Translations under genes and position numbers: made by a program
Source: Eledone cirrhosa
Lineage: Eukaryota
NCBI GenBank assembly: GCA_964016885.1
Contig: OZ024745.1
Span: 129,952,001-130,016,000 of the forward strand
Reading direction: 5' to 3'
DNA length: 64,000 bases
In this document: positions 45,554 to 58,519 of the stretch, in pieces
Layout of the letters: each line of letters starts with the position of its first letter
Position numbering within the stretch: position 1 is the stretch's first letter
Notes under the pieces: model-generated
The model's input: the letters and a program-made list of their open reading frames with translations, nothing else
Databases searched by the model: none
What the model was told of the DNA's origin: nothing

Positions 45554-47931
45554 TTGTGTATGTGTGTGTTTATGTGTGTAATGATCTATCTATCTATCTC
45601 TCTATATAACTATTCCTTTCCCTCTTTCTTCCTATCTCTCTTTGTCTTTTTCTCCAGAGAGAGGGGGGGGAGACAAATGGAGATAGAATGTGATGATGGC
45701 TAAGTGTGATAGGAAAGGGGACAAAAGATAGTAAAGGGATAAGGCAATATATACACCTGAAATATATAAGAGGAGGAGCTGTGAGAGGCATATTTTCCTA
45801 TATCAGTTTACATTAATCTTTTTTCTTTTAAAAATTCTAATTTTCAATAAGAAAAATATAGAACTTTCCAGAGCTGACTGTTTTGCTCTTTTTATTTTAT
45901 TATTATATTTTGTGTAAATATTTTGTCTATGTGTGAGTATATTTGTGTTTGAATCTACGTGCATGTGATAGCGTTTGTATGTTAATGTGTGAGATTAGTG
46001 AAAAGAATATAAGAATGCTAATGGCGCAGGTATGTTAGTATTTTTTTAAAGTTTTCAAATGAAAATTAAGTTTATTATTTGAAAATGTTTTTTTTTTTTT
46101 CCATGTTTTTTCGTTCTCATATAATTTATATTTTAAAAATTTCTTCATATTTCTGAAATATTTTCCATCTCATGAAAAAATACAAATCTTTGAAATTTGT
46201 TATTCTGTAACTTTTCTATTTTGTATTTTATTAAGATATCTCGATGTTTGAAATGATATTGTAATTTTTGGAAAGAAAACTAAAGTATGTTCAACGCATA
46301 TAGAAACAGGTTTATTTAACTTAATGGTGACACGCTTAAATAGAAATCATAGGAAAATGATTTTACGTTTCTCTCTCTCATTCTCTTTCTATCTCTATAT
46401 ATCTGACTCTCTCTCATTTTCTCTCTCTCTCACACTCTCTCTCTCTCTCTCTCTCTCTCTCGATCAGTGGCTATTTCATGAAACATTTTGGATGTAAACA
46501 CTGTAAAAGTATCAATTTTTACTTATTTCTTACAATGTGAAGAGATAACAGATTCGATCATTATACGTTATGCAAACTATGAATTAGTTTAGAATCATAG
46601 AAACTGTTTCATTAATCAAGGCTGTCCGAATATAAAAGATGGTTCATTGTCTATCCTTAGCATTTGTATTCCAGTCCTATCTACGAAAACAAGCAGTTTA
46701 AACATGGAATGTTTAACTAGAAAATGAAAATAGAAGTCACCCTAAAAATATCCCTCTTGCAATGGAATTATATTTAGTTTTGTATAATTGACGTTTGTAT
46801 TCGCAAAATTAATATCGAATTGATTTTACTGTATTTAATATAGCAACATTTATATTGGTGCTAACTTTCCAATTGCTACATTTTAAAGTCTGCTCGATTC
46901 TGTATTAACTTTGTGGTCTCTAGAAAACAACAATTGTGCGTCTAATATATTGTTTGCTTTCAAGTTTAGTTGAATATACTTTCTTTCTTTATCTTTTATG
47001 ATATTTTGAGGGTTTTCTAAATTAATTTCCCTAAATTATTTTGTGTATTTTGATCCAACAGTAGACATAGATCACGATTTGCCGTGAAAACCTTTACGTA
47101 TGTCTGTAAAATCGTTAGTAGATTAGAAAACTATATATCTTTTATCTAGTATCTATAAGTGTTCTATCTAGTGTTTATAAGTGTGTGTAGTAAAGATTGA
47201 ACCTATATTTGGATTTTACCATATCTGCCAGTTAATGTTGTCCCTCTGATTTTGTGACATTGATCTTTTAACACCTAACATAGCATTTGGATACATTGTA
47301 ATTTCCCTCGGTATCTGCTAAAACATCGTGAATTTGTATTACATGCAAATGTTAATACGATCATATCAGCTCTATTATACAGATTATGTTGTTACAAAAC
47401 ATAATAATTATAATTGTTGTAAAAATATTCTTAGCTTTCATCTCTGTTTGCATGACTTATACATACTTGAATAGTATACTGCTATTGACAAATTGATATA
47501 TAAAATAAAACCAGCTTTGTTGTATATAAAGATTTGATTTATACACTTATACTCAAATCGAGAATATATTAAAATGTCTCATTCAACAATTTTAAGAGCG
47601 AAGCATATATTTGTATTGCTAGCAGCTGACTTCTAAATGTATTCGAAAAATGGTAATATCGAATTTTTTTTTTCTGTTAGACATGATTATATACGTGTAT
47701 GTCAGAATATCGTACATCTATCGTATTTAAATTAATATCACGCCTATCACAACTAGCATGTGATATGAAAAGAGCACAAATATCTATACATACACAGACA
47801 CAAGAACTTACACAGACAGACACACTCACGCACAAACCCGTATATAAGCAGAAACGCAAACGCTCAGACAGGCACACAAGGATACATACACACACATATA
47901 TACACACATACGAACAACCACACACACACAC

Positions 47932-47972
<41 letters not shown>

Positions 47973-47985
47973 TATATATATATAG

Positions 47986-48050
<65 letters not shown>

Positions 48051-48055
<5 letters not shown>

Positions 48056-48123
48056 TAAAATAACAGATTAAAGTTTATCGAGCCCTCTTTGGATTTTAGT
48101 CTTCAAATTTATTATTATTACTA
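48051..48123. mobile_element. Minimal family B copy (both ends joined)
   Basis: ttaaaataacagattaaagtt fused directly to tatcgagccctctttgg...attactata. Confidence 0.8.
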
Positions 48124-48524
48124 TATATATATATATATATATAACAAAAATAAGAATGTTGATGTTACATAAATCGTTTAACCATTCTAATTATTTCCAC
48201 GGTTCTCCACGCAATCGAGAAGTCCTTCATGCATTTGATGTTGTTATGAGAAATATCCTCAGATGAAACCAGATTTAGTGATATGTTGCCGGCAGGAAAA
48301 AACACACATCCTTCTGCTCGTGTGTCCAGCAGACATATGAGTTCCTGAAATGGTCTCTCAGCCGTGGTGTTTACTGGAGTAAGATGCTATCAACGTGTCA
48401 ATTAGTGAAATCAGGATTCACGCATCCCCCACCGAGTTGAGGTCATAAATCAGTAGAGAGGTAACCTCTCAAGTATGGTGTATTGTAACAAGACTCACTA
48501 TTTATCCATAATAATAATAATAAT

Positions 48525-48821
48525 GAAGGACAATGTAGAGACAGAAATATAGTGTACATAGGTGAGTCAGCTTGTAGTGTAGGGGAACGGATAAATGAAC
48601 ACTGGCGAGACCTTCAAGATAGTAAAGAATCATCTGTACTCTACCAACATGCTAAAATAGAACACAAGGGTAAATTAGAGAACATAGAAATAAAAATAAA
48701 ATCTACACACAGAAAAGACGCAATGTTTAGACAAATTACAGAGGCAATAAACATAAAAGAATTACAACCAAAATTAAATAGAAAATATGAGTGGAACAGC
48801 AACATCACAACTTACAATTAA
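48525..48821 (+). pseudogene. PLE GIY-YIG endonuclease C-terminal fragment
   Basis: VYIGESACSVGERINEH...HAKIEH...RQITEAINI...LNRKYEW; starts after an (ATA)n run, with a hammerhead 200 bp downstream. Confidence 0.85.
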
Positions 48822-49022
48822 GGACAAAATGAAAACACACACACACATAGAACAAACAACCAACCAGTAACATGTAAATAAACAAATAAATAAATGAACA
48901 TAAACACACACAGACACCCGGATGTGGCGCATGCGCAGACTGAGCACACAACACACACACAGAAACAAAATGGTGTAGGACAGAACAAAGGAGAGGCACA
49001 GAAACAAAGAAAGGAATCCCCA

Positions 49023-49065
49023 GTCACTGAAGAGGTCACAGAGTGTGTGACGAAAGAACTATGAC
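49023..49065 (+). ncRNA. Minimal type I hammerhead ribozyme, intact core
   Basis: gtca-CTGAAGA-g-gtcaca gagtg tgtgac-GAAA-gaac-TA-tgac. Confidence 0.8.
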
Positions 49066-49227
49066 AATATATAGACAACTATCTGGTTGTGGAACCAACC
49101 AACCAACCAGAAATTTATAAATTTATTATAAATTTATTATAATAATAAATTGAAGTGAAAGCAACTGGTGCGTGTGTTTCTTATTGGCAACATGACCCTC
49201 CCAAAGTATAACAATAATAATAATAAT

Positions 49228-49317
<90 letters not shown>

Positions 49318-50085
49318 GTGTTTGTATGTGTGTGTGTGCCTGTGTGTGTGTGTTTGTGTGTGCGTGTGTTTATTTCGTATTTGGCTTCTACGAGGAAGAT
49401 ATTAATGTAAAAATAATAAAAATAAAAAAAGCAAATATCATTTGAATTATTATATAAAAAATACACTCACACACTTCTGTCAGCATTAAAAAAAACTAAA
49501 TGAACGGTTTTGTACCGAAAATGATAAAAGTCTAATCCATTTTACCGTGACTCTCGGTTTATTAAAACTCTATGTCATTTATGATTCTCTTTTGGTCTAT
49601 ACGAACGGATTTATTTTTATCTAAGGCAGTGTAAGATAGCATTTATTCTAGTATTTTATTACGGGGTGAATGAATGAAGAACGAAAGAATCATTACAAAA
49701 ATCAATTTGAAACAATCTATAATATGTGCTTAACGTGCTTGACTGAATAACAGAAATTACTAATATGGTGGACATGGAAACGCTACCATAACATTTTGTG
49801 GCATCATTCATAATCATTCATCTTTATTTTTCTTACAGATTCTCCACCGATTTAGTCCTCTGATTTCTATATCTTATTATATTTTTCAGACCTTTACACT
49901 TTCTACCCTAACTACACCAACTTCTTTCTAATTTGCTTCTAATTTATTTAATTTATTTTGGGGATGTTCTTTCTTTTTTTATTACTATTTTCTTTCGTTC
50001 TTTCTTCCATTCAAAATTTCTCTGAATAAGCTTATTGTTCCTTTTATCATCTTTTGTATTGTATTCATATTTATTACCTCATGAT

Positions 50086-50217
50086 TCTTCTTCTTCTTCT
50101 TCTTCTTCTTCTTCTTCTTCTTCTTCTTCTTCTTCTTCTTCTTCTTCTTCTTCTTCTTCTTCTTCTTCTTCTTCTTCTTCTTCTTCTTCTTCTTCTTCTT
50201 CTTCTTCTTCTTCTTCT
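50086..50217. repeat. (TTC)n microsatellite
   Basis: Direct reading; similar tracts at 60169-60263 and 61389-61509. Confidence 0.95.
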
Positions 50218-50469
50218 ACGTTCTTCAGATTTCATCTATTATATATTCCAATCAAACACTCTCCTTTCTCTCCTTTTCACTCTATCTCCTGTCAGTTCTA
50301 TTGTTACGTATTTATATATTATTCTTATTTACACAATCAGTATCTCATTTCTGTTTAACAATTACATACTGTTATTAAGATATTAATGTTTAATAAATAA
50401 ATTCTGTGTGGTAAGGAACCAGATGGACCATAACATTATTCAGATGGACCATAACATTATTCAGTTGGA

Positions 50470-51660
50470 TATTGCTGGGGTTATTAATGGTATTCTAAGC
50501 GTTAGGTAGAGCTGGATATAGTAATAAAATTAAATACATTGATAATAATGATATGACAAATAACTATAATTTTAACAACTATAATAGAAAACCTTACAAT
50601 AATTCGAAAAACAAAAAAAAGAAATAGAACTAGGAATATATTATGGTTCGCTCCTCCTTTCTCATTAAGTATTAAAACTCCTATTGCTAAATTATTATTT
50701 AAAGCTCTCGATAAAGGCTTCCCTAGAACACATAGGTATTACTCAATATTTAATAAACATACTATAAAATTAACGTATTCAACCAGTAATTTAGCGCAGA
50801 ATATTAATAGAATTAATAATAGAAACTTAAAACCTAACCAGAATACCATTAACATCCCTAGCAATATCGAACTGAATAATACGGCTCCTAGAAACTTAAA
50901 TTTTGATAAATGTAACTGTAGAAATAAATCTAACTGTCCGTTAAATAAATCTAACTGTCCGTTTAGTTAAAAATATAGTATATAATTGTAATGTAAAAAC
51001 TAATTTAAATTCATTTAATTACATAGGCTCTACCTCCTCAGATTTTAAGTCCCGTTTTAATAACCATAAATGCTCTTTTACGAATATAAATAAAAAATCT
51101 TCAACTTCTCTATCTAATTTACTATGGGACCTAAAATCAAAGAACACTAACTATTCTTTACTTTGGAATATTATCTCCAAAGCTCCTCCATTCAGGCTTC
51201 TTCTGAAAATTGTCCTCTTTGTATAGAAGAATTATTCTTTACATTAAAAAGTAAGAATTCTGTTAATTTAAGGAATAATCTTTTCAGTTCTTGCAAACAT
51301 ATGTTGAACTCAACGTTTATATATATATATAAAATGTAATACATAACTCATATTTATTAAACCTATCGATAATTCATTAGATTCCTTCATATAACTCTCT
51401 TAGGAGAAAAATATTTTCATGAGAGAATTTTTTTCTTGAGAAACTTTTCTTGATAAACGTACTGAAAGATTTGAAGAAGGATTTTTTGAAAATTCCTATG
51501 ATGGGTATAAGGAAATTATAATTCATAATTCATATTTTTTATACTGTGTATTTTATTTTCTATATTCTTATATTTTTAAAATTATAATTCATTTTTAAAA
51601 TTATAATTCAATTTTATATTGTATATTTTATATTTCTATACTTATATATTTTTCAAATGC

Positions 51661-51711
<51 letters not shown>

Positions 51712-52805
51712 AAATGTTTATATATATATAAAATTTATACTTTAAATATATTCTATAGATATGCTCTTATGAAAGACTTTTTTTTATGGTTTATGCTTTA
51801 GATATATTCCTATGAAAAAATGATAAATGTTAAGACGTTATAGCAAACAAATTTATGTTTTAACAGTCATAACTATATAACAGGTAGATTTATAAAATTA
51901 TAACTTGCTATAAAATAACATAAGATTCATACCCTAATTACATTATTAAGATGGAAAATTTAATTTTTAACATCTTAACTTTATAGCATTTAATCCTAAG
52001 AGCTATCTAAATTATTAATATATCACTAGCAATTTCCTTTACGCTCTACTGCTATGACAAATAAGGGATTATTCTTCTGTAAACTCTCGGAATTTCCATG
52101 GGCTTAGAAATATTCGGATATTTTAAACTTACAAATTTTTAAAAATAAATAAATAATTAATAATTAATAAAATGGTTTTGTAATAACATATTTTCTAAAA
52201 ATATATATTTTAATAATATATATTCTTTAATAATATATAGATCTCAATTTTAATAATCTAACATACACATTTAAACTACGGATTGAATTGATAAATTATT
52301 AATTAAACATTTAATCAAATTTATTAATTAAACATTAGATAAAATTCTTCAACTTATCATTATAATGAATCCGGATATTATTATTTATCCACGCTTTATT
52401 ATTTATTGTTTATCCATACTACGGTATTCATCCACGCTATATTCATTTCTTCGCCTCTTCTCTCAAAATTACGCTATTCTCTCTCACTTAAATATAATCA
52501 GGTTTTTTTTCTTTCTTTCTTTTGTTTTTTTGTCTTTCTTTCTTTTTTCCCTATTCCAACGGCTTAATTTAAATATACTGTTATTTAAACCTTTCCGACA
52601 CTAATTTGCATAATAACCCAACAATAACGCTCCACTATCCAGGAGATTCCAACCAGAGTGGTTGCAGTTTTTCAGGGTATATCAATATTTATTTATAAAA
52701 CTAACCTATATTATATTTTATCTGATGAAAGCGCACCAAAGTTTGCCTTGGTGGCCCTTGAACTATGTATAGTGAAATAAATATAGTTTCCATTTGTTAA
52801 TATAT

Positions 52806-52808
<3 letters not shown>
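50470..52808 (+). mobile_element. 5'-truncated Naiad-type Penelope-like element, absent from the ORF track
   Basis: 50620 onward: RNRTRNILWFAPPFSLSIKTPIAK...HTIKLTYS; KCNCRNKSNCPL; NIVYNC...YIGSTSSDFKSRFNNHKCSF; NCPLCIEE...CKH; long AT-rich 3' UTR ending in a hammerhead and (TA)n. Confidence 0.82.
52714..52779 (+). ncRNA. Type I hammerhead (GAAA mutated to GAAC)
   Basis: Homologue of 18470-18535; stem I retained via G-U pairs (tattttat/gtgaaata). Confidence 0.65.
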
Positions 52809-52852
<44 letters not shown>

Positions 52853-52854
52853 TG

Positions 52855-52905
52855 AGATTCTACAGGACTAGAACTGTTTCATTCTTTAGAAATCATCAGG
52901 AATCT
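52855..52905 (-). ncRNA. Type I hammerhead ribozyme, intact core (family D)
   Basis: agattc-CTGATGA-tttct aa agaat-GAAA-cag ttctagtc ctg-TA-gaatct. Confidence 0.78.
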
Positions 52906-52906
52906 T

Positions 52907-52951
<45 letters not shown>

Positions 52952-52955
<4 letters not shown>

Positions 52956-53149
52956 CGGAGGAAATGTGGTAAGGAACCAGGTGGACCATAACGCACCAAA
53001 GTACTCAATACTTGAGGTAGTAGAGTGGGTAATAGGAACCAGTAAGACCCCGACAGCTGAGCTCAAGCCGTTTCGACGGCTAATTCTGGACTCAGTCCAG
53101 AATTAGCCGTCGAAACGGCTTGAGCTCAGCTGTCGGGGTCTTACTGGTT

Positions 53150-53152
<3 letters not shown>
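52952..53152. mobile_element. PLE-end family A fold-back copy
   Basis: Perfect arms about 53035-53091 and 53095-53151 plus tail. Confidence 0.88.
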
Positions 53153-53210
<58 letters not shown>

Positions 53211-53213
53211 GGG

Positions 53214-53279
<66 letters not shown>

Positions 53280-53284
53280 GAGAC

Positions 53285-53499
53285 AGATTAGAGCAAACAT
53301 CACGAGCGTTCTATCTCAAAATTATTTTTGAAAAGCATTAGAAATGCGCAACCGGTAAAAATTTAAAATTAAAACTGAATGCTAACTAATACTTATTACT
53401 AATTTATACTTATTCCTAATTAAACTACTTTTCACTGTGAAAAATGTTCAGCATTTTCTTTTCCTTTTTACTAATATATCACAACTCGTGTGTCACACT

Positions 53500-53507
<8 letters not shown>
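53285..53507 (+). mobile_element. PLE-type 3' end with U3:A8 hammerhead-like motif
   Basis: ttt-TTGAAAA-gcat tagaa atgc-GcAA-ccgg-TA-aaa at 53325-53360; ends in (TA)n. Confidence 0.55.
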
Positions 53508-53538
<31 letters not shown>

Positions 53539-53560
53539 AAATATATATATATATATATAT

Positions 53561-53658
53561 CCAATGATATTAAATAAATGGAAACTATATTTATAAAACC
53601 ATATTTATTCTATTATATATAATATTGAATTACCAACAAATTAAATATCCCTTTTGCT
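53561..53658. mobile_element. Minimal family G copy
   Basis: Joins the sequence at 18427-18485 to the tail at 19696-19728. Confidence 0.7.
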
Positions 53659-53770
53659 TATATATATATATAGAGAGAGAGAGAGACAGAGGGGGAGAGT
53701 AGTAAAATCCCGATCGATGCGCTAAGCGGTATCGGCTTATGTGTGTGTGAGTATATATATATATATATAT

Positions 53771-53965
53771 ATAACGAAGGAAATGTGGTAAGGAACCAGG
53801 TGGACCATAACACACTAGAGTACTCAATACTTAGGGTAGTAGAGTGGGTAATAGGAAAAAGTATGACCCCGACGGCAGAGCTCAAGCTGTTTCGACGACT
53901 ATTTCTACTCCAGAAATAGCCGTCGAAACGGCTTGAACTCTGCCGTCGGGGTCATACTCTTTCCT
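53771..53965. mobile_element. PLE-end family A fold-back copy
   Basis: Arms about 53854-53906 and 53912-53964 plus tail. Confidence 0.88.
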
Positions 53966-53989
53966 ATATATATATATATATATATATAT

Positions 53990-54278
53990 TATCAAGAAGT
54001 ACGGAGACAAAGCAGAGGGACAAAACAAATGCAAAGAATACATACATAAACACACACAAACACACACAAACACACACACACACACAGACAGCCAGCCAGA
54101 CACACACGCACAAATATATATATATATACGTACATACTTATATATATACGTATATATATATATTTGTACGTGTGTTTCTCTCTGTCTGTGTGTGCGTGTG
54201 TGTGTGTATGTGTGTTTATGTATATATATTCGTTGCATTTTTTTTTGTCCCTCTGCTTTGTCTCCGTACTTCTTGATA
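53990..54278. repeat. Inverted duplication around a TA-rich centre
   Basis: tatcaagaagtacggagacaaagcagagggacaaaa / ttttgtccctctgctttgtctccgtacttcttgata. Confidence 0.88.
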
Positions 54279-54622
54279 CTTTTTGTCTGTGTATTTCATT
54301 TACTATTCTAATTCTAGCGGTCCACTGACAGTAATTCCGAATATTGCGTCCTTTCTCTAATCTCTTTGATCGGCCCAAACTATGATTAAACATCCTGTAG
54401 CCCCAAGATGAACTGAAATCATCAAAGATGGTTGCTATGAAGTGTTGGGATTTGATATTAGTTATTGTTCAGACAAATTGCACTCAGAGGATCGGGGAGA
54501 TTACTGTTATGTACAAGTGTTAACACTTCCGCTAGCAGGCCAAACTTACAGAACAAAAACCTAAACCTCAAAAAACAAGCTTATCGAAATCAACAAAAAT
54601 AGATACTAATTATTTTTGAGCA

Positions 54623-54673
<51 letters not shown>

Positions 54674-54694
54674 GCTACATTACTGCTGCTGCTG

Positions 54695-54741
<47 letters not shown>

Positions 54742-54852
54742 GCTGCTGCTACTACTACTCATAATAATTGTTTTTACGTTTGGCACAAGGCCAACAATTA
54801 CCCCAGTGCATTACTGGTACTTTATTTTATCGACCTCGTAATAATAGGAAGC

Positions 54853-54911
<59 letters not shown>

Positions 54912-54924
54912 CAGAAGCAGCAGC

Positions 54925-54998
<74 letters not shown>

Positions 54999-55018
54999 TA
55001 ATAGTAGTAGTAGTAGTA
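54623..55018. repeat. (CTA)n and (TAG)n tracts flanking a SINE family 1 3' fragment (54765-54840, minus)
   Basis: Direct reading. Confidence 0.85.
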
Positions 55019-55410
55019 GAAATATGTTCAATCTGAATGCAGAATTTGTGGGAAGAAAGCCGTGAGAGTTGCCCACATCGTTACAGGAAACGAGCAGTTA
55101 GCACAGAGTCATTATAAAAGAGGAAGACACGATAATGTGGCTACCATGTTGCCCTGGAGCTTGTGTAAACTGTCTAGATTTCCATGAGCAGAAAAAAAGG
55201 GCTATGATGATGGTGTCACAAATAAGATGAGGGTATTAGAGAACGACAATAACGGTAGTATCAAGAACAATAACAATAACAACACCAACTCCATCAGCAA
55301 CATCAATAACAGCTAAAGCAACCAATAATGCAACAACTACAAAAGTATGTTCGTAGCAACGGCTGCGATGATTATGGAAGTATTTTAACTCAAGGAGCTA
55401 AAACTGTCAA

Positions 55411-55645
55411 GGCGCATGGCTTAGTGGCTAGAGCATTGGGCTTGCAATCCAAAGGTTGTGAGTTCAATTCTCGGACCGGGTGATGTGTTGTTTCTTTGAG
55501 CAGGACATTTTATTTCACGTTGCTCCAGTTTACTCAGCTGTAGAAATGAGATAATAGGACTGGGGTCCCTATCATTAAATGACCCAAGACACCTCCAACC
55601 TTATATACCTTGGAGAAGGCCAGCTAAACATGCATAGGTATGAGC
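55411..55645 (+). mobile_element. tRNA-derived SINE family 2
   Basis: tggcttagtgg A box, gagttcaattc B box, body ttgagcaggacattttatttcacgttgctccag; 3' limit approximate. Confidence 0.8.
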
Positions 55646-57256
55646 TGTCACACACACACACATAAACTAGTGATAACTCCGTAAACCTGGGGAAACATAA
55701 ATGTTCTGTTTGTGGTGTTGCAGACAGTGAAAACAAACCCATTAAAATACAGGTGTATCTGCATCAAATTAAAAAAGCTTAAACTGGTCCTACAATCCCA
55801 CGTGGAGCTAAAGGGATTGATGCTAGACGTACAATACGTCGCAAGAGCCAAGCAGTCTAGCAACGTCTCTGTATACTCTTCAGAAATGATGTCGATGTAA
55901 AGAAGTACTCTGTCACACCCACCCCAGTGAAATGGACCAATTCGTTATATTACCTCTTTACACGGCGACAAAGACAGTGAAGGTCCGTATTGCTGGATCC
56001 TAGTATACATCAACCTGGAGGGGAGTGAAACCCACCTGCATGTACACCTGAACGGAGAAATGATCTGGGATAAGGCTGAAAGTTTTTCTTTAGATCAAAC
56101 CATAGAGGATTGACAAAATACTAGACCTGCTTCGTATTCCGGGTACCGTGACAGGAAACCACCTACGTTACAGCTTTCTGCGCTTAACAGAAAACAACAG
56201 GAAGCCACAGTTCACCATTACTGCCAACACCAGAACCTCAATAATAACAATGCTACAGCAGCAAACATCATCATCAGCGAACAGCAACTGGCACTGCAGC
56301 ACCAGAAAGACCGACTACCCCAACCGTCATTGTAGGAATCAACTAGCACGGTTGAATGCTTGGTGTAATTCGCTGTGGTTTTGAATCTGTTGTATTGCAG
56401 TTTTATTACATAATCAACGATACTCAAAACTTGATTATGTCACTAGATGTAATGTGGAAAATATAGCCTGCGGAATATGATCAAAGTATGCATTAATCTC
56501 CTATGCCTATTTGATATTGTTCTTCAATGAAATGCTTCGTACTTCTCAGGTGAAATCTCAAAGACGTTAATTTCATTTTACTCAGCCTATGTTTCTCTAG
56601 TGATCATTGCTTAACTGTTACGTATGCAAAACACGTGCGTTAGTTTCCCAATGCTAATATTTCAGAAACAAATATATTTTTTTTCCATTTCAATATCGTA
56701 AATTACTGCTGTTCACATTACCCGGCATGCTTTTGTTATTCAGCTGTGCTATTCCTCTACCCACACCCTTTTATCCGGGGTGTTCTGCACGACAACGAGA
56801 TTTCCTTTTTCATTTTCCTGTTGCACTCTGCTACCTTAACTTCTTTTCTTCGTTCTTTCATTTCTTTTCTTGCAGTAATTTTCACAAACAATTGTGTTCA
56901 TCAAATCCCTATGCATTGTGTGGAGTTTTCTGTTTAGATTCATCTACCAGCGATGTCAAATGCAACTGAAGTTTTGCATTAGAACGGTGCAGCCCAAATC
57001 CCTAATAGCATGGTGGCAGACCAATCGAGTCAATTGTTCTTTTATTTTTAAACGTGCAACCTTTATAATTCTTATATTTTACACGTGAAAGCATAATTTC
57101 ACTTTCTCTCGTTCATTACTAACAACATCTGGTATTAAATCCTTTCACATGGAGCATGAAGCCACAGGAAATCCTAGTTTAATAGTAGCTTTTGTATTAT
57201 TTTCCTGTGAATAATTATAATATTTCTTAACTATTTGATACTTAATAACCAAGCCT

Positions 57257-57477
57257 GAAGGCGTGTGGCTGAGTGGTTAGAGAATTGGATTCGCAATCGT
57301 AAGGTTGTGAGTTCGATTCCTGGACCAGGTGATGCGTTATGCCTTTGAGCAAGACACTTTATTTCACGTTGCTCCTTCTACCTGGAGTTGCGACCGATAG
57401 ATAGTATTAGCAATTGGAAAGACCAACGGAAACATTGTTCCCTCGGTCCGATTTGACGAATGTCGATCGTTAAAAAA
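57257..57477 (+). mobile_element. tRNA-derived SINE family 2 with 13-bp TSD
   Basis: tggctgagtgg and gagttcgattcc boxes; TSD aataaccaagcct at 57244-57256 and 57478-57490. Confidence 0.88.
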
Positions 57478-58519
57478 AATAACCAAGCCTAATAGGACCC
57501 AATATCTGCAACATGTCTTTCATGTTTCTGTTTCAAATTCTAGATACTAGGTAATATGGAATGAATTTTCCCTTCATACGTGTCTAGATTATAACAACCG
57601 GCACAACTTTTATCAAATAACACACAGACACTACGTCTATTGTCAGTATCATTTATTATATTTTTATGAAAAATAAAATATAGAAAGTTGTAATTCTTTG
57701 AAACCGCGTATAACTTATGACAGGAAAAAACAAACATTAGATGACATTTTAGCAAACATAAAGAATAACTGGGATTATTAATCACAATGTTGTTTCTTGG
57801 AAAGAATTGCTTGAACAATATTAACTGATGCTGGAGTGTTTTTTCTTCTTAATGTTTGTCAGTTGCACTTAATAGTATTGTTTCAGTTGTTCATATTTTA
57901 GTAGAAGACGTTGATGATGCCATGATTGCTATTGTATTTTTAAGAATATTATTTAATATGATCCCTTTTATTTTTATGGTAGTACTGAATAAATAATTGT
58001 TTTCTGTCTTCTCGTGTCTGTAATAAACATACAGCATGCTTTAGAGAGCGTGTGCTTTACTTACATAAACATAGAAACTATTTAGTTGTCTTTGAACATA
58101 GTTTCTTGGCTATAACATCGGGGTAGAAATATGGTTGCGACAAAGGAATTAGATTTTGATGAATATAGTTAATAACTTCTGTGAAGTAGCTATTTTAATT
58201 GTCACCGATGCTTCTGTTTCACAGTGCCTGTTATTAAAGTAACTTAAAGTACATGACCTGTACATTTTAAATTCAATGATTTAAATTCAATGATCACGCC
58301 GTTCTTCTTTACACTATTTGAAAACTGATCGTATTTTCTGACTTATTTAGTCTAATTATTAACAGAATTCGTATATCTAGTGCCATGTGGAACATTTTCG
58401 AGTATTCAATAGCTAGTGTGCATTTCGTTAAATTCTCATTCTCTTTCTAAGTTCGCTCACTAATTTGAGTTTCATCCTCAAGAAAAATGGTCAAATATTG
58501 TTATATTTCAACGACTAAA

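Noticed and set aside
56727-56969. Cys-rich ORF after a plus-strand acceptor-like tract
   Set aside because: No recognisable domain or partner exon; compatible with chance
55411-57330. Two tRNA-like heads (55411-55480, 57259-57330)
   Set aside because: They continue into a shared SINE body, one has a TSD, and the acceptor stems are poor; SINEs, not tRNA genes
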